The notes under the pieces: model-generated
Told to the model about the DNA's origin: nothing
The model's database searches: none
The model's input: only the letters and a program-made list of their open reading frames with translations
Program-made: the position numbers and the translations under genes
Assembly: GCA_964654555.1 (NCBI GenBank)
Contig: CAZZJP010000001.1
Location: 1 to 40,145 of the forward strand
Reading direction: 5' to 3'
From: an uncultured Desulfobulbia bacterium
GTDB taxonomy: Bacteria > Desulfobacterota > Desulfobulbia > Desulfobulbales > VMSU01
Length of the DNA stretch: 40,145 nt
Shown: positions 1-10,570 of the stretch, one piece after another
Layout: every line of letters begins with the position of its first letter
How positions within the stretch are numbered: the stretch's first letter is position 1

Positions 1-174
1 TTTATTTTTCCAATTTTATAACTCCCAGATAGAGTTTGTTCTTTTAATACAGCGTTCTGCAAGGCCCTGGGGCTTGGCGGCGCTTAATAAAATATATTTG
101 TGTTTGTGTCGGTATATTTTATGCTGTTATCACTAATTTTACTGTTATTTTAATGCGTTAAGGAGATTGTTTCT

Positions 175-1434
175 ATGGATTTGGCGGAACTCAAATTAAA
201 AAAAATTAGCGAATTGACCAACTTGGCCAAGCAATACAAGGTGGAGGGCTACAGCAGTCTTCGTAAACAGGAGCTGATTTTTGAAATATTAAAGGCCCAT
301 GACGCTAAGGCCGAGAAAGATGACAGCGATAATCGGGGCAGCGGTGTTTTGGAAATCCTTCCTGACGGCTTTGGTTTTTTGCGGGCCCCTGATTATAATT
401 ATCTGCCCGGCCCCGATGATATCTATGTTTCGCCATCCCAGATCAGGCGTCTTAATCTCCGTACCGGTGATTCCATTGCCGGGCAGATCCGTTCTCCCAA
501 GTCTGGTGAGCGTTATTTCGCTCTGCTCAAGGTTGAGGAGGTGAATTTTGATCTGCCGGAGAAAAATCGGGAGAAAACCCTGTTCACCAACCTTACCCCT
601 CTGCATCCGGAGGAACGTCTCAATCTGGAGTTTGCCCCTGATAATTATTCCATGCGGATCATGGATATGATGTCACCCATTGGTAAAGGGCAGCGCGGCC
701 TGATCGTGGCGCCGCCCCGTACCGGCAAGACTGTGCTGATTAAGGATATTGCCAACAGCATCGCTCATAACCATCCTGAGGCTATTCTGCTGGTTCTGCT
801 CATTGATGAGCGCCCGGAGGAGGTCACGGATATGGCCCGCAGCGTTAAGGGCGAGGTGGTAAGTTCCACCTTCGATGAGCCCCCCCAGCGTCATATCCAG
901 GTGGCTGAGATGGTCATTAAAAAGGCTAAGCGGCTGGTCGAGGCCAAGAAGGATGTCGTTATCCTCTTAGACAGTATAACCCGTTTGGCCAGGGCCTATA
1001 ATACCGTGGTTCCGCCCAGTGGCAAGATTCTTTCCGGCGGGGTTGATTCCAACGCCCTGCACCGGCCCAAGAGATTTTTCGGAGCGGCCAGAAATATTGA
1101 GGAGGGCGGCAGTCTTACTATTATCGCCACCGCCCTCGTTGATACGGGCAGCAGGATGGACGAGGTTATATTTGAGGAATTCAAGGGTACTGGTAATATG
1201 GAGATTGTTCTCGATCGTAAATTGTCGGATCGCCGCCTGTATCCCGCCTTTGATCTGAACCGTTCCGGAACCAGAAAGGAGGAGCTGCTGCTGTCACCTG
1301 ATGAGTTGAATCGAGCCTGGATTTTAAGGAATCTCCTTTCCAAGATGAATTCTGCCGATGCCATGCAGTTTCTGCTGGGCAAGATGAAGGGTACCAAGAC
1401 CAATGCCGATTTTTTTGCGATGATGAACGCTTAA
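175..1434 (+). CDS. rho: Transcription termination factor Rho
   Basis: [26 protein letters not shown], Walker [31 protein letters not shown]; AGGAG upstream. Confidence 0.99.
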   Translation: MDLAELKLKKISELTNLAKQYKVEGYSSLRKQELIFEILKAHDAKAEKDDSDNRGSGVLEILPDGFGFLRAPDYNYLPGPDDIYVSPSQIRRLNLRTGDSIAGQIRSPKSGERYFALLKVEEVNFDLPEKNREKTLFTNLTPLHPEERLNLEFAPDNYSMRIMDMMSPIGKGQRGLIVAPPRTGKTVLIKDIANSIAHNHPEAILLVLLIDERPEEVTDMARSVKGEVVSSTFDEPPQRHIQVAEMVIKKAKRLVEAKKDVVILLDSITRLARAYNTVVPPSGKILSGGVDSNALHRPKRFFGAARNIEEGGSLTIIATALVDTGSRMDEVIFEEFKGTGNMEIVLDRKLSDRRLYPAFDLNRSGTRKEELLLSPDELNRAWILRNLLSKMNSADAMQFLLGKMKGTKTNADFFAMMNA

Positions 1435-1535
1435 AAGTTGATTTATTCGTTGAATCAAGGTAAATATAACCGGTTCACAGTTGATATGCCCGCTGACGAC
1501 GGGCAGCCCTAAAATTTATCCGCAAGAGGAAAGCT

Positions 1536-1754
1536 ATGAAAAAAGATATCCATCCAGATTACCATAAGATTGTGGCCACCTGCGCCTGTGGCAATAAGAT
1601 AGAGTTAGGTTCCGTTGACAGTTCCATGAGTGTTGAAATTTGTTCAGCCTGCCACCCCTTTTTTACCGGCAAACAGAAATTAGTTGATACTGCCGGCCGG
1701 GTTGAAAAATTCAAGAAAAAATATGCCAAGCATTTTCAGGCAGCCAGTAAATAA
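1536..1754 (+). CDS. rpmE: 50S ribosomal protein L31 (zinc-binding type)
   Basis: [13 protein letters not shown]...[19 protein letters not shown]. Confidence 0.98.
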   Translation: MKKDIHPDYHKIVATCACGNKIELGSVDSSMSVEICSACHPFFTGKQKLVDTAGRVEKFKKKYAKHFQAASK

Positions 1755-1943
1755 TTTGTAATAGTTTACCAAGGGCACCAGCAGTTGATGCTGCTCGATA
1801 GTGTAAGAGTTCATCCAGGCCGCTGATTACAACTGGTTTCGTAGATCTGTAAAAAAAACCTGTGTTTTTTGAAGCTATCGCCCCGTCCTTTAGGCGACTG
1901 ATATAGAATTGTTGGGATTAACTGTTTACTGGTTCAAGGTTTT

Positions 1944-1982
1944 ATAAGCATCATCGGTCTGCCGGTGATGCTTATTTTGTTT
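1944..1982 (+). terminator. Putative intrinsic terminator between rpmE and prfA
   Basis: 14-bp stem ATAAGCATCATCGG-tctg-CCGGTGATGCTTAT followed by TTTGTTT. Confidence 0.6.
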
Positions 1983-2031
1983 CAGGGTAGTCGGCAGTTC
2001 CACTGGAGTAGATACGTTTAAGGTACTTCTT

Positions 2032-3099
2032 ATGTTTGCTAAATTTGAGCATCTGTCAACCAAACGGCTTGAGCTTGAGGCCCGTCTCTCTGATCCGGCT
2101 CTGATGGGCTGTCGGGATGAATATCAGAAAATAGCGCGGGAGCATGCTCACGTCGTTAAGATGGATGATCTATATCAGGACTTTCGCCGTGCCGGTGAAG
2201 AACTTGCGGATAGTGAAGAGATGTTGGCGGTCGAGACCGATGCCGAAATGCTGGCCATGATTAAGGAGGACATTGCCAATCTTCATCAAAGACGGCGGCA
2301 GATGGAGCAGGAGCTGAAGGTATTGCTGCTGCCGCCCAACCCCAATGATGCTAAGAACATTTTGTTGGAAATTCGGGCCGGAACCGGCGGTGATGAGGCG
2401 GCGCTCTTTGCCGCTGATCTCTTCCGGATGTACTCGCGTTTTGCCGAAGCCCAGGGCTGGAAAATTGAAATATTAAGCAGTAATCCCATTGGTATTGGTG
2501 GTTTTAAAGAGATTATCGCCCTCATTAAGGGCAAGAAGGTCTTCAGTAAATTAAAATACGAATCAGGGGTACACCGGGTGCAGAGGGTGCCGGAAACCGA
2601 GACCCAGGGCCGCATCCATACCTCGGCGGTTACTGTGGCTGTTCTTCCCGAGGTCGAAGATGTTGAGCTCAATATCCGCCCCGATGAATTGCGTTTTGAT
2701 ATATTTCGTTCTTCCGGGCCCGGCGGCCAGAGCGTGAATACCACTGATTCAGCGGTGCGGATTACCCATCTGCCCACCGGGATGATTGTGACCTGTCAGG
2801 ACGAAAAGTCTCAGCATAAGAACAAGGAGTCCGCCCTGCGGGTTTTACGGGCTCGGCTGCTGGATAAGTTTGAGCAGGAACGGCATGACAAAATATCTGC
2901 CCAGCGCAAGAGCCAGGTGGGGAGCGGTGATCGTAGTGAGCGAATCCGCACCTATAATTTCCCACAGGGCCGGGTGAGTGACCATCGAATAAATCTTACC
3001 ATCTATAAAATTGATGATATAATGATGGGAAAATTGGATGAGATTATAGATCCCCTCATTTCTCATTATCAGGCTGAGGCCTTAAAAAGCATTCAATAA
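2032..3099 (+). CDS. prfA: Peptide chain release factor 1
   Basis: [19 protein letters not shown] (PxT), [10 protein letters not shown] (GGQ). Confidence 0.98.
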   Translation: MFAKFEHLSTKRLELEARLSDPALMGCRDEYQKIAREHAHVVKMDDLYQDFRRAGEELADSEEMLAVETDAEMLAMIKEDIANLHQRRRQMEQELKVLLLPPNPNDAKNILLEIRAGTGGDEAALFAADLFRMYSRFAEAQGWKIEILSSNPIGIGGFKEIIALIKGKKVFSKLKYESGVHRVQRVPETETQGRIHTSAVTVAVLPEVEDVELNIRPDELRFDIFRSSGPGGQSVNTTDSAVRITHLPTGMIVTCQDEKSQHKNKESALRVLRARLLDKFEQERHDKISAQRKSQVGSGDRSERIRTYNFPQGRVSDHRINLTIYKIDDIMMGKLDEIIDPLISHYQAEALKSIQ

Positions 3100-3164
3100 G
3101 CTTCCCTTCTCGTTGTATCTGGCTTGAATTTTATGCTACTCATTACTGATTAATTGTCGTAAAT

Positions 3165-4034
3165 TTGACCTTTTTTGAATTATATAACTTGCTTCTCCAG
3201 CGGCTTGCGGAGGGTGGGATAGAGGCGGCTGAGGCCGAGGCTGAAGCGCTGCTTATAATTGGCCGTTTCAGTGGTCTTAGGCGTGGTGATATTTTTTTGC
3301 AGGCCCATCGCCGGCCATCGGCGGCGGTCATCTCCCTGATTATGGAGGCCTTGGAGGAGCGTTTGCGTACTCGAAGGCCGCTGGCCTATATTCTTGGTGA
3401 GCAGGAATTCTGGGGCCGTTCATTTGCGGTATCGGAGGCGGTGCTTATTCCCCGGCCGGAGACGGAGATTCTGATTGAAGAGGTATTACGGCAGTTTCCT
3501 GCTCCCATACCTTCTTGCGGGCCGCGACAGCCGCTGTTTTTAGACCTTGGGACAGGCAGCGGTATAATAGCTGTTACCTTGGCCATGGAGCTTCCCTGGA
3601 TGCGGGGGCTGGCCCTTGACCTGGAGCATTCCGCTCTTCTCCAGGCCAGAGAAAATGCCCGCCGCCTGGGGGCGGAGGGACTCGAATTTGTCCAGGCGGA
3701 CTGGCACAGCGCCTTTGTTCGCGGGCAGCGCTTCTCTCTCGTGACTGCCAATCCCCCCTATGTCGCTGCTGAGGTCATAGGCAGTCTGCAGCCGGAATTG
3801 CGCCATGAGCCCCTTGCCGCCTTAGACGGTGGTCAGGATGGTGTTGAAGAGATAAAGCGTTTAACCAGCGGTCTGCCTGATATTATATCTCCAGGCGGCT
3901 GGTTTTTTATGGAAATTGGCTATGACCAGGAAGAATATGTCTTGCAGCTTTTTAAAAGCTCTAAATATGAGCGGGTAATGGTTCATCGGGATTATGCCGG
4001 TCTGCCTCGTGTATTACAGGCTCAAGTGAGGTAA
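3165..4034 (+). CDS. prmC: Release factor glutamine N5-methyltransferase
   Basis: [19 protein letters not shown]; follows prfA; TTG start uncertain. Confidence 0.95.
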   Translation: MTFFELYNLLLQRLAEGGIEAAEAEAEALLIIGRFSGLRRGDIFLQAHRRPSAAVISLIMEALEERLRTRRPLAYILGEQEFWGRSFAVSEAVLIPRPETEILIEEVLRQFPAPIPSCGPRQPLFLDLGTGSGIIAVTLAMELPWMRGLALDLEHSALLQARENARRLGAEGLEFVQADWHSAFVRGQRFSLVTANPPYVAAEVIGSLQPELRHEPLAALDGGQDGVEEIKRLTSGLPDIISPGGWFFMEIGYDQEEYVLQLFKSSKYERVMVHRDYAGLPRVLQAQVR

Positions 4035-4041
4035 TTTTATA

Positions 4042-5313
4042 ATGGATAAATTAGTTATTGAGGGGGGGCATCCCCTGCATGGTGAGATAAGGATCAGCGG
4101 GGCCAAAAATGCCGCCTTGCCGCTGCTGGCCGCCACCATGCTTTGCGCCGGTACTCATGTCATCAGTAATGTTCCTGATCTGCGTGATACGAGGACTATT
4201 GTCAAACTTCTGCGCTCATTTGGGCTGCAATGTCAGCCGGATGCCGGGGGTGAGTGGCGGATTGACGCTGATAATATAGATAATTTTGAGGCCTCTTACG
4301 ATTTAGTCAAGACCATGCGGGCCTCGGTATTGGTTTTAGGGCCTTTGCTGGCCCGTTGCGGGGTGGCCAGGGTATCGCTGCCCGGCGGCTGTGCCATTGG
4401 CGCCCGGCCCATTGATTTTCATCTGCAGGGTTTTGAAAAGATGGGAGCCGCCATCAGCCTGCGGGAGGGATATGTGGAGGCCAGAAGCCCCGGCCGGCTC
4501 AAGGGAGCCAATATCTGTTTTGATATTCCCTCGGTGACCGGCACCGAGAATATCCTTATGGCCGCGACTCTGGCCCAGGGCCGCACCGTTATCAAGAATG
4601 CCGCGCGGGAGCCGGAGATTGCTAATCTTATTGATATGCTCACCGGCATGGGGGCTAGAATAGAAGGGCGCGGCACTGATATGCTGGCCATTGACGGGGT
4701 GGATGAATTAAGGCCTGCCGAAACGGCTATTATTCCGGACAGGATTGAGACCGGTACTTATCTCATCGCTGTGGGGGCCACCGGCGGGGAGATAAGAATT
4801 AATAATTGCCGTCCGGATCATCTCCCCATGCTCTTAGACAAATTACGGCGGGCTGGGATGGAGATAGAGGTCGGGGACAACTGGCTGCTGGCGGGCCGTC
4901 GGGGACATTTGAGTAATGTTGACATAAAAACCATGCCGTATCCAGGCTTTCCCACCGATCTTCAGGCCCAGATAATGGCCTTGATGACCCTGACCAACGG
5001 CGGCTTGTCGGTGATTCAGGAGACAATATTTGAAAACCGCTTTATGCATGTCGCCGAGTTGAACCGTATGGGGGCTCATATCAGGATTGAAGGGCGTAAC
5101 GCCATTGTCAAGGGGGGTGGTCTTCTGGCCGGGGCCAGGGTTATGGCTACCGACCTGAGGGCCAGCGCCTCGCTGGTTATTGCCGGTCTGGCGGCCCAGG
5201 GTATAACGGAAATTTCCCGGATTTATCACCTGGAACGGGGATATGATAATCTAACCGCCAAGCTCATCAATTTGGGTGCCAGGGTGGAACAGGTGCAAGA
5301 GACGGCGTCATAG
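4042..5313 (+). CDS. murA: UDP-N-acetylglucosamine 1-carboxyvinyltransferase
   Basis: [20 protein letters not shown] (catalytic Cys), [17 protein letters not shown]. Confidence 0.99.
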   Translation: MDKLVIEGGHPLHGEIRISGAKNAALPLLAATMLCAGTHVISNVPDLRDTRTIVKLLRSFGLQCQPDAGGEWRIDADNIDNFEASYDLVKTMRASVLVLGPLLARCGVARVSLPGGCAIGARPIDFHLQGFEKMGAAISLREGYVEARSPGRLKGANICFDIPSVTGTENILMAATLAQGRTVIKNAAREPEIANLIDMLTGMGARIEGRGTDMLAIDGVDELRPAETAIIPDRIETGTYLIAVGATGGEIRINNCRPDHLPMLLDKLRRAGMEIEVGDNWLLAGRRGHLSNVDIKTMPYPGFPTDLQAQIMALMTLTNGGLSVIQETIFENRFMHVAELNRMGAHIRIEGRNAIVKGGGLLAGARVMATDLRASASLVIAGLAAQGITEISRIYHLERGYDNLTAKLINLGARVEQVQETAS

Positions 5314-5377
5314 AATCTTTCTGTGTTCTTCAGGGCGTTATCGTATGATGATCTATGGTGCGAATGGCCCCTTAAGC

Positions 5378-5407
5378 TTGACTTTTGGCGCTAAGCTGTT
5401 TTATAAT
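5378..5407 (+). promoter_or_regulatory. Putative sigma70 promoter for the PilZ gene
   Basis: TTGACT-N18-TATAAT. Confidence 0.55.
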
Positions 5408-5512
5408 TATCGGGTGTTCATGCTTCTTGGCTAAGGTTAAGGAGATTGGTAGTTAATTTGCAGCTTTCCGATACAAAACAGAGTAACCAATCTGGCGGTA
5501 TTAAAACTGCCG

Positions 5513-5893
5513 ATGATATTTGAGGGCATCATAGTGGCGGAAAATAAACGGCAGTATCCAAGGTTTGATTCCTTGAATTTATCTTATATTTGTCTTGATG
5601 AAAATGGTACCCTGGTACGCCAAAGTATGGGGCGCACTCTGAATGTCTCGCAATCCGGGATATGTCTTGAGACCTGTTTCGGCATTGACTCTAAGTTTAT
5701 GTTGAGCATGACGCTGGCTCTTGAGGAGGACTTGGTTGATATTCGCGGCAGGATTATTTATTGCCGGCCCGGTAGCAGGGAAAACTTCGAGACCGGGGTA
5801 GAGTTTGTGGAGATGGATGCAGAAAGCCGTCTGGTGCTGGAGAAGTTTATCCGCCTGTTTAAAGAGTACAAGATAGAACAGGAAAATAAGTAA
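5513..5893 (+). CDS. Stand-alone PilZ domain protein (putative c-di-GMP receptor)
   Basis: RQYPR (RxxxR), NVSQSG ((D/N)xSxxG) and GVEF; start may be GTG 5534. Confidence 0.88.
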   Translation: MIFEGIIVAENKRQYPRFDSLNLSYICLDENGTLVRQSMGRTLNVSQSGICLETCFGIDSKFMLSMTLALEEDLVDIRGRIIYCRPGSRENFETGVEFVEMDAESRLVLEKFIRLFKEYKIEQENK

Positions 5894-5998
5894 GCGATCA
5901 CAGGGCACCGAATCTGCTTCGTTATCGGGGCTGTTCACGTACCGATGTACGCTCCACAGCCTGATGCCTCGTGTCTCCGGCCCCTTGTAAACGCTTAC
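5890..5998. repeat. REP/MITE-like nested inverted-repeat element (GTAAGCG...CGCTTAC)
   Basis: Terminal GTAAGCG/CGCTTAC, inner ATCGGGGCTGT/ACAGCCTGAT, core CACGTAC-CGAT-GTACGCTCC; the first GTAA contains the PilZ stop codon. Confidence 0.65.
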
Positions 5999-6142
5999 TG
6001 GGGCGGGTTTGCAAGGGGCCTGCCGGGTCTCACCCTGTGATCAATTACGACAATAACGGCTGACCACCAAAGGTTTTAACCTTTTACAGAAACAATAAAT
6101 TTTTTGTGGATGTCTAACCAATGTACTTTATTGTTTTCATCA

Positions 6143-6229
6143 GATCTGCCTCCTTGATTTTGGCTCTGTATTGAGTGGATTGATAAATTTCTTAATATAA
6201 CAACCCACGTTTTTCAAGGAAGGCAGATC
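6143..6229. repeat. Inverted-repeat element of about 87 bp (MITE-like or bidirectional terminator)
   Basis: GATCTGCC-TCCTTGA (6143-6157) and TCAAGGAAGGCAGATC (6214-6229) around an AT-rich interior. Confidence 0.5.
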
Positions 6230-6279
6230 CTTTGTGATTGACTGGCAGCCATTATGTCTAATTGGACACCACTAAAGTT

Positions 6280-6867
6280 TTACTTGTGTTTAGACAGATA
6301 TTCTGCCACTCCAGCGGCAGTGGGCTTCATGGCTTCATCACCTGGTTTCCAGTTGGCGGGGCAGACCTCGCCGTGCTCTTCGACAAACTGCAGGGCATCA
6401 AGGACACGGATGGCTTCGTTCACATTGCGGCCCAGGGGCAGGTCATTGATGGTTTCATGGCGGACTATACCTTCCTTGTCGATTAGGAAAAGACCACGCA
6501 GGGCAACCCCGTCGCTTAAGAGAACGCCATAATTCTGGGATATGGATTTGTTGAGATCTGCCACGAGAGGGAACTGAATATCTCCGATGCCACCATTATC
6601 GACGGGGGTATTCTTCCAGGCGAAATGGGTGAATTGTGAATCAACTGAAACTCCAATTATCGCGCAATTACGCTTTTCAAATTCCTTCAGGGCCTTATTA
6701 AAGGCCAGAATCTCTGAGGGGCAGACAAAGGTAAAATCCAGGGGATAGAAAAAAAGGATTACATGCTTGCCGCGATATGAGGATAAAGACAAATCCTGCA
6801 TTGAGTTGTCGGCCATAACGGCCTGGGCGGTGAAATCCGGGGCTTCCTTGGTTACTAATGTACACAT
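6280..6867 (-). CDS. Typical 2-Cys peroxiredoxin (AhpC/Prx1 family)
   Basis: FYPLDFTFVCP and GEVCPANW motifs; AGGAG upstream. Confidence 0.96.
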   Translation of the reverse strand: MCTLVTKEAPDFTAQAVMADNSMQDLSLSSYRGKHVILFFYPLDFTFVCPSEILAFNKALKEFEKRNCAIIGVSVDSQFTHFAWKNTPVDNGGIGDIQFPLVADLNKSISQNYGVLLSDGVALRGLFLIDKEGIVRHETINDLPLGRNVNEAIRVLDALQFVEEHGEVCPANWKPGDEAMKPTAAGVAEYLSKHK

Positions 6868-7040
6868 AACGAGTCTCCTTTTAGTTATTTATTGATAGTA
6901 GTCGGTATTGATAACTTTTACTAAAAATAGCACGTAATGGAGAAAAATCAACTAAAAAAACAAAAAAAAATAATTTAGCGGTTTTGGGCGGAAATAACTA
7001 TATCTTCCAATAAGAAAGCGGGAAAAATAAAATCCATTTC

Positions 7041-7958
7041 TTAAACGGATATTACTGCTTTTAAGTCATTGAAGGTCTGACTGGCGTAAATCTTTTGGCG
7101 TATGGCAGAGCCGCCGGCTTGGCCCTTAAAGTAACGACCGGCATGATTTTTTATCCGTCCCAGGCATTGATTGGGATTCATGTGCAGAGCGATTAACTCC
7201 AGGTGGCGGGCCAGGGCTCGGCGGCGTGAGTTAAGGGTGGGTATAAATTCATTTTTCTGGAAGATCCACGGCGCGCCTAAGGCCGCTCGACCGATCATTA
7301 CGGCCTGACAGCCGGTTCCATCCAGCATGGCGTGGACATCGGCTGATGACTTGATATCTCCGTTGCCAATTACTGGAATACGCACCGCTTGAACAACCAT
7401 GGCAATAATCCGCCAGTCAGCCCGGCCAGAGAAGCCGTCCGACCAGGTGCGGGCGTGAACAGTAACGGCTGAGGCTCCGTTGGCTTCGGCCAGGCGGGCG
7501 AACTCAGGGGCGGTAATCTCATCGTGGTTCCAGCCGCTGCGGAATTTTACCGTCACCGGCCGCTTGCTGTTGGCCACAACCTGTTTTATGATTTCAGCCG
7601 CCAGTTTTGGATTACGCATGAGGGCGGCCCCAGCCCCTTTCCTGACGACCTTACGCACCGGGCAGCCCATATTTATATCAACGATGTCCAGAGGGTAATC
7701 GTTAAGAATGGCGGCCGCCTCAGCCATTACCGCTGGTTCAGCTCCGAAGAGCTGAACCGCGAAGGGGTGTTCAGCTGGAATAGTTTTCAGCATCCTGATG
7801 GTTGGTGGCTGCTGATAGGTAAGGCCATGACAGCTTATCATCTCCGAGACTGTTAGTTCGGCGCCATATTCACGGCACAAGAGGCGGAAGGGGAGATCTG
7901 TGTAACCGGCGAGGGGGGCCAGAACGCGGCTGTTTTCTAAAAGCTTGTTAATAAGAAT
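7041..7958 (-). CDS. dusB: tRNA-dihydrouridine synthase, DusB-like (start extended to a probable ATT codon)
   Basis: DINMGCP, TVHART, IGNGDI, MIGRA; the frame extends upstream of TTG 7880 through VLAPLAGYTDLPFRL with no ATG/GTG/TTG; ATT at 7958 and 7952. Confidence 0.88.
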   Translation of the reverse strand: MLINKLLENSRVLAPLAGYTDLPFRLLCREYGAELTVSEMISCHGLTYQQPPTIRMLKTIPAEHPFAVQLFGAEPAVMAEAAAILNDYPLDIVDINMGCPVRKVVRKGAGAALMRNPKLAAEIIKQVVANSKRPVTVKFRSGWNHDEITAPEFARLAEANGASAVTVHARTWSDGFSGRADWRIIAMVVQAVRIPVIGNGDIKSSADVHAMLDGTGCQAVMIGRAALGAPWIFQKNEFIPTLNSRRRALARHLELIALHMNPNQCLGRIKNHAGRYFKGQAGGSAIRQKIYASQTFNDLKAVISV

Positions 7959-7977
7959 TGCCCCCCCGTTTTTTTGA

Positions 7978-9969
7978 TTAACCGGCCAGCAGTTCTAACA
8001 TCACGGCTGTAACATTATCAACGGTGAGGCCAAATTCTTCAAACAATTCAGCGGCCGGGGCTGACTCGCCAAAGGAGTCAATACCCACCACCCGGCCTTC
8101 CAGGCCCACATATTTACGCCAATAATCGCTGACCCCGGCCTCTACGGCCAGTCTATGAACACCTGTGGGTAAAACCATGCTTTTATATTCATCATCCTGG
8201 GTGTCAAAGGCGTTGGGGCAGGGCATGGATACCACCCTTACGTTGCGGCCCTGGGCGTTAAGCTGAGCGGCACTCTGCATGGCCAGTTCCACCTCTGAGC
8301 CGCAGGAAATGATGATTGCCTCCGGCGCTCCATCCGGTTCCAGGAGGATATAACCCCCTTTACTTATGGCCGCGATTTGTTCCGCAGAGCGTTTTTGATG
8401 GGGCAGACCCTGGCGGGAGAATAACAGGGACGAGGGGCCGTTCCGGCGCTCTATCGCTTCCTTCCAGGCCACGGCCGATTCCACGGCATCACAGGGGCGC
8501 CAGACCATCATATTGGGGATCATACGCAGGGTTGCGGCTTGTTCCACGGGCTGGTGGGTGGGGCCGTCTTCACCGAGACCGATGGAGTCATGGGTGAAGA
8601 CAAATATATCGCGGATTTTCATCAGGGCCGCCATGCGCAGGGCATTGCGGGCGTATTCGGAAAACATCAGAAAGGTAGCGCCGTAGGGGATGAAGCCGCC
8701 ATAGAGGGATATACCGCTCATAATGGCTGCCATGCCGAATTCCCTGACCCCGAAATGAATATAATTGCCGTTGTCTTCGGTTTTTATATTGCGGCTGCCG
8801 GCCCAGATGGTGAGGTTGGAGCTGGCCAGATCGGCGGAGCCGCCGATTAATTCCGGCAGCAGCGGCCCATAGCCGTTAAGATCATTTTGGGAGGCCTTGC
8901 GGCTGGCAATCTTTTCCGCCTTATCATTAACTGAAGAAATGAAGGCGGCGGTTTTCTCCTGCCAGTCGGCGGGTAGTTCACCTTGCAGGCGGCGGTTTAA
9001 TTCCTGGCTCAGCTCGGGAAATTCCCGTCTGTAGGCCTCAAATTTCTGCTGCCATTCAGCCTCAAGGGTAGCACCGCGTTCTCTGGCATCCCAGGCCGCC
9101 GCAATCTTCTCTGGAATGATGAAGGGGGCGTAAGGCCAGTCTATTTTCTCCCGAACCAGGGCGATTTCATCATCGCCAAGAGGGGAGCCGTGGCAAGACT
9201 CTTTACCCTGCTTATTGGGAGAGCCCCAGCCAATGATCGTCTTGCAGCAGATAAGGGTGGGCTCGTCTGTCTCGCGGGCTCTTTCCACGGCCTCTTTAAT
9301 TTCCTCTGGATCATGGCCGTCAACTGCTCTTATAACCTGCCAGCCATAGGCCTCAAAGCGTTGAGGGGTATCATCGGCAAACCAGCCTTTAACCTCACCG
9401 TCAATGCTGATGCCGTTATCGTCATAAAAGGCGATTAGTTTGCCTAAGCCCAGGGTGCCGGCCAGCGAGGATACCTCATGGGAGATGCCCTCCATCATAC
9501 AGCCGTCACCCAGAAAGACATAGGTGTAATGATTGATGATTTCGTGGCCCGGCCGGTTGAACTGGGCGGCCAGTGTCCGTTCGGCGATGGCCATGCCCAC
9601 GGCGTTGGCAATGCCCTGGCCCAGAGGGCCGGTGGTGGTCTCTACCCCTGGGGCGTAGCCGTATTCCGGGTGACCGGGGGTTTTGGAATGGAGCTGGCGG
9701 AAATTCTTTAAATCATCAATGGTCAGATCATAGCCGGTGAGATGGAGCAGCGAGTAAAGGAGCATGGAGCCATGGCCGTTGGAGAGTACGAAACGGTCAC
9801 GGTTGGGCCAGGCCGGGTTGGCCGGGTTGTGGCACATAAAATCGTTCCACAGTACCTCCGCTATATCGGCCATCCCCATGGGAGCGCCGGGATGACCTGA
9901 TTTGGCTTTCTGGATGGCGTCCATACTCAGGGCGCGGATGGCATTGGCAAGATTTCGATGGGATGTCAT
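7978..9969 (-). CDS. tkt: Transketolase
   Basis: [44 protein letters not shown]. Confidence 0.99.
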   Translation of the reverse strand: MTSHRNLANAIRALSMDAIQKAKSGHPGAPMGMADIAEVLWNDFMCHNPANPAWPNRDRFVLSNGHGSMLLYSLLHLTGYDLTIDDLKNFRQLHSKTPGHPEYGYAPGVETTTGPLGQGIANAVGMAIAERTLAAQFNRPGHEIINHYTYVFLGDGCMMEGISHEVSSLAGTLGLGKLIAFYDDNGISIDGEVKGWFADDTPQRFEAYGWQVIRAVDGHDPEEIKEAVERARETDEPTLICCKTIIGWGSPNKQGKESCHGSPLGDDEIALVREKIDWPYAPFIIPEKIAAAWDARERGATLEAEWQQKFEAYRREFPELSQELNRRLQGELPADWQEKTAAFISSVNDKAEKIASRKASQNDLNGYGPLLPELIGGSADLASSNLTIWAGSRNIKTEDNGNYIHFGVREFGMAAIMSGISLYGGFIPYGATFLMFSEYARNALRMAALMKIRDIFVFTHDSIGLGEDGPTHQPVEQAATLRMIPNMMVWRPCDAVESAVAWKEAIERRNGPSSLLFSRQGLPHQKRSAEQIAAISKGGYILLEPDGAPEAIIISCGSEVELAMQSAAQLNAQGRNVRVVSMPCPNAFDTQDDEYKSMVLPTGVHRLAVEAGVSDYWRKYVGLEGRVVGIDSFGESAPAAELFEEFGLTVDNVTAVMLELLAG

Positions 9970-10006
9970 GGCTTTTTCTCCAAAGGAAATAATTGTTGAG
10001 GCTGGC

Positions 10007-10552
10007 TTAATTAGCCTTCTGTAGCCTCATTATGTGATTGATTATATGTAAGTAAATTGCTTCAGCGATGTCGTTGGTAATTTTGGCCAGGGCCTCTTTC
10101 TTGTTGGCCTGTAAGGTTGTAGGATTGGCTGACACGCTCAGGGTTTCGGTAAATGTGCGGTTTTTCTGCGTCCAGACTGCTTTTTTATCTTTATTATTAC
10201 TGTGATCAATAATGCTGAACCTTACCCGCAGGTTGGCTCGTAATTCATTGGCCAGCAGGTGGTTGCCATATGATATTTCCTGGTAATTAATGTCGAGCAG
10301 AGTTCCGGTGAGCTCGTATTGGGCCTGGGCCGGATTATCCACTAAGTGAATGAGTTTAGTCTTACGCAGCCAGTTTGACAGGGACATATCCATGGTGTTT
10401 TCCAGGCCTATTTCGCCGGTATTGTTGATCCATAAAGGGCGGCTCATGGTAATGGGGCGGCTGTCGCTGTCGGCAACATAGGGGTTGTAATAGCCGCAAC
10501 TGGTTAGAAAGAGTAAAAGGAACACCGCGATAATCTTTATTGTTCTCGTCAT
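10007..10552 (-). CDS. lptE: LptE-family lipoprotein (LPS assembly)
   Basis: Signal peptide with lipobox LTSC-GY; directly downstream of leuS, the usual lptE position. Confidence 0.75.
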   Translation of the reverse strand: MTRTIKIIAVFLLLFLTSCGYYNPYVADSDSRPITMSRPLWINNTGEIGLENTMDMSLSNWLRKTKLIHLVDNPAQAQYELTGTLLDINYQEISYGNHLLANELRANLRVRFSIIDHSNNKDKKAVWTQKNRTFTETLSVSANPTTLQANKKEALAKITNDIAEAIYLHIINHIMRLQKAN

Positions 10553-10570
10553 TGTTATGCCCCGGGGCCC

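Noticed and set aside
1438-1458. FNR-like site TTGATT...AATCAA upstream of rpmE
   Set aside because: Half-site spacing does not fit TTGAT-N4-ATCAA.
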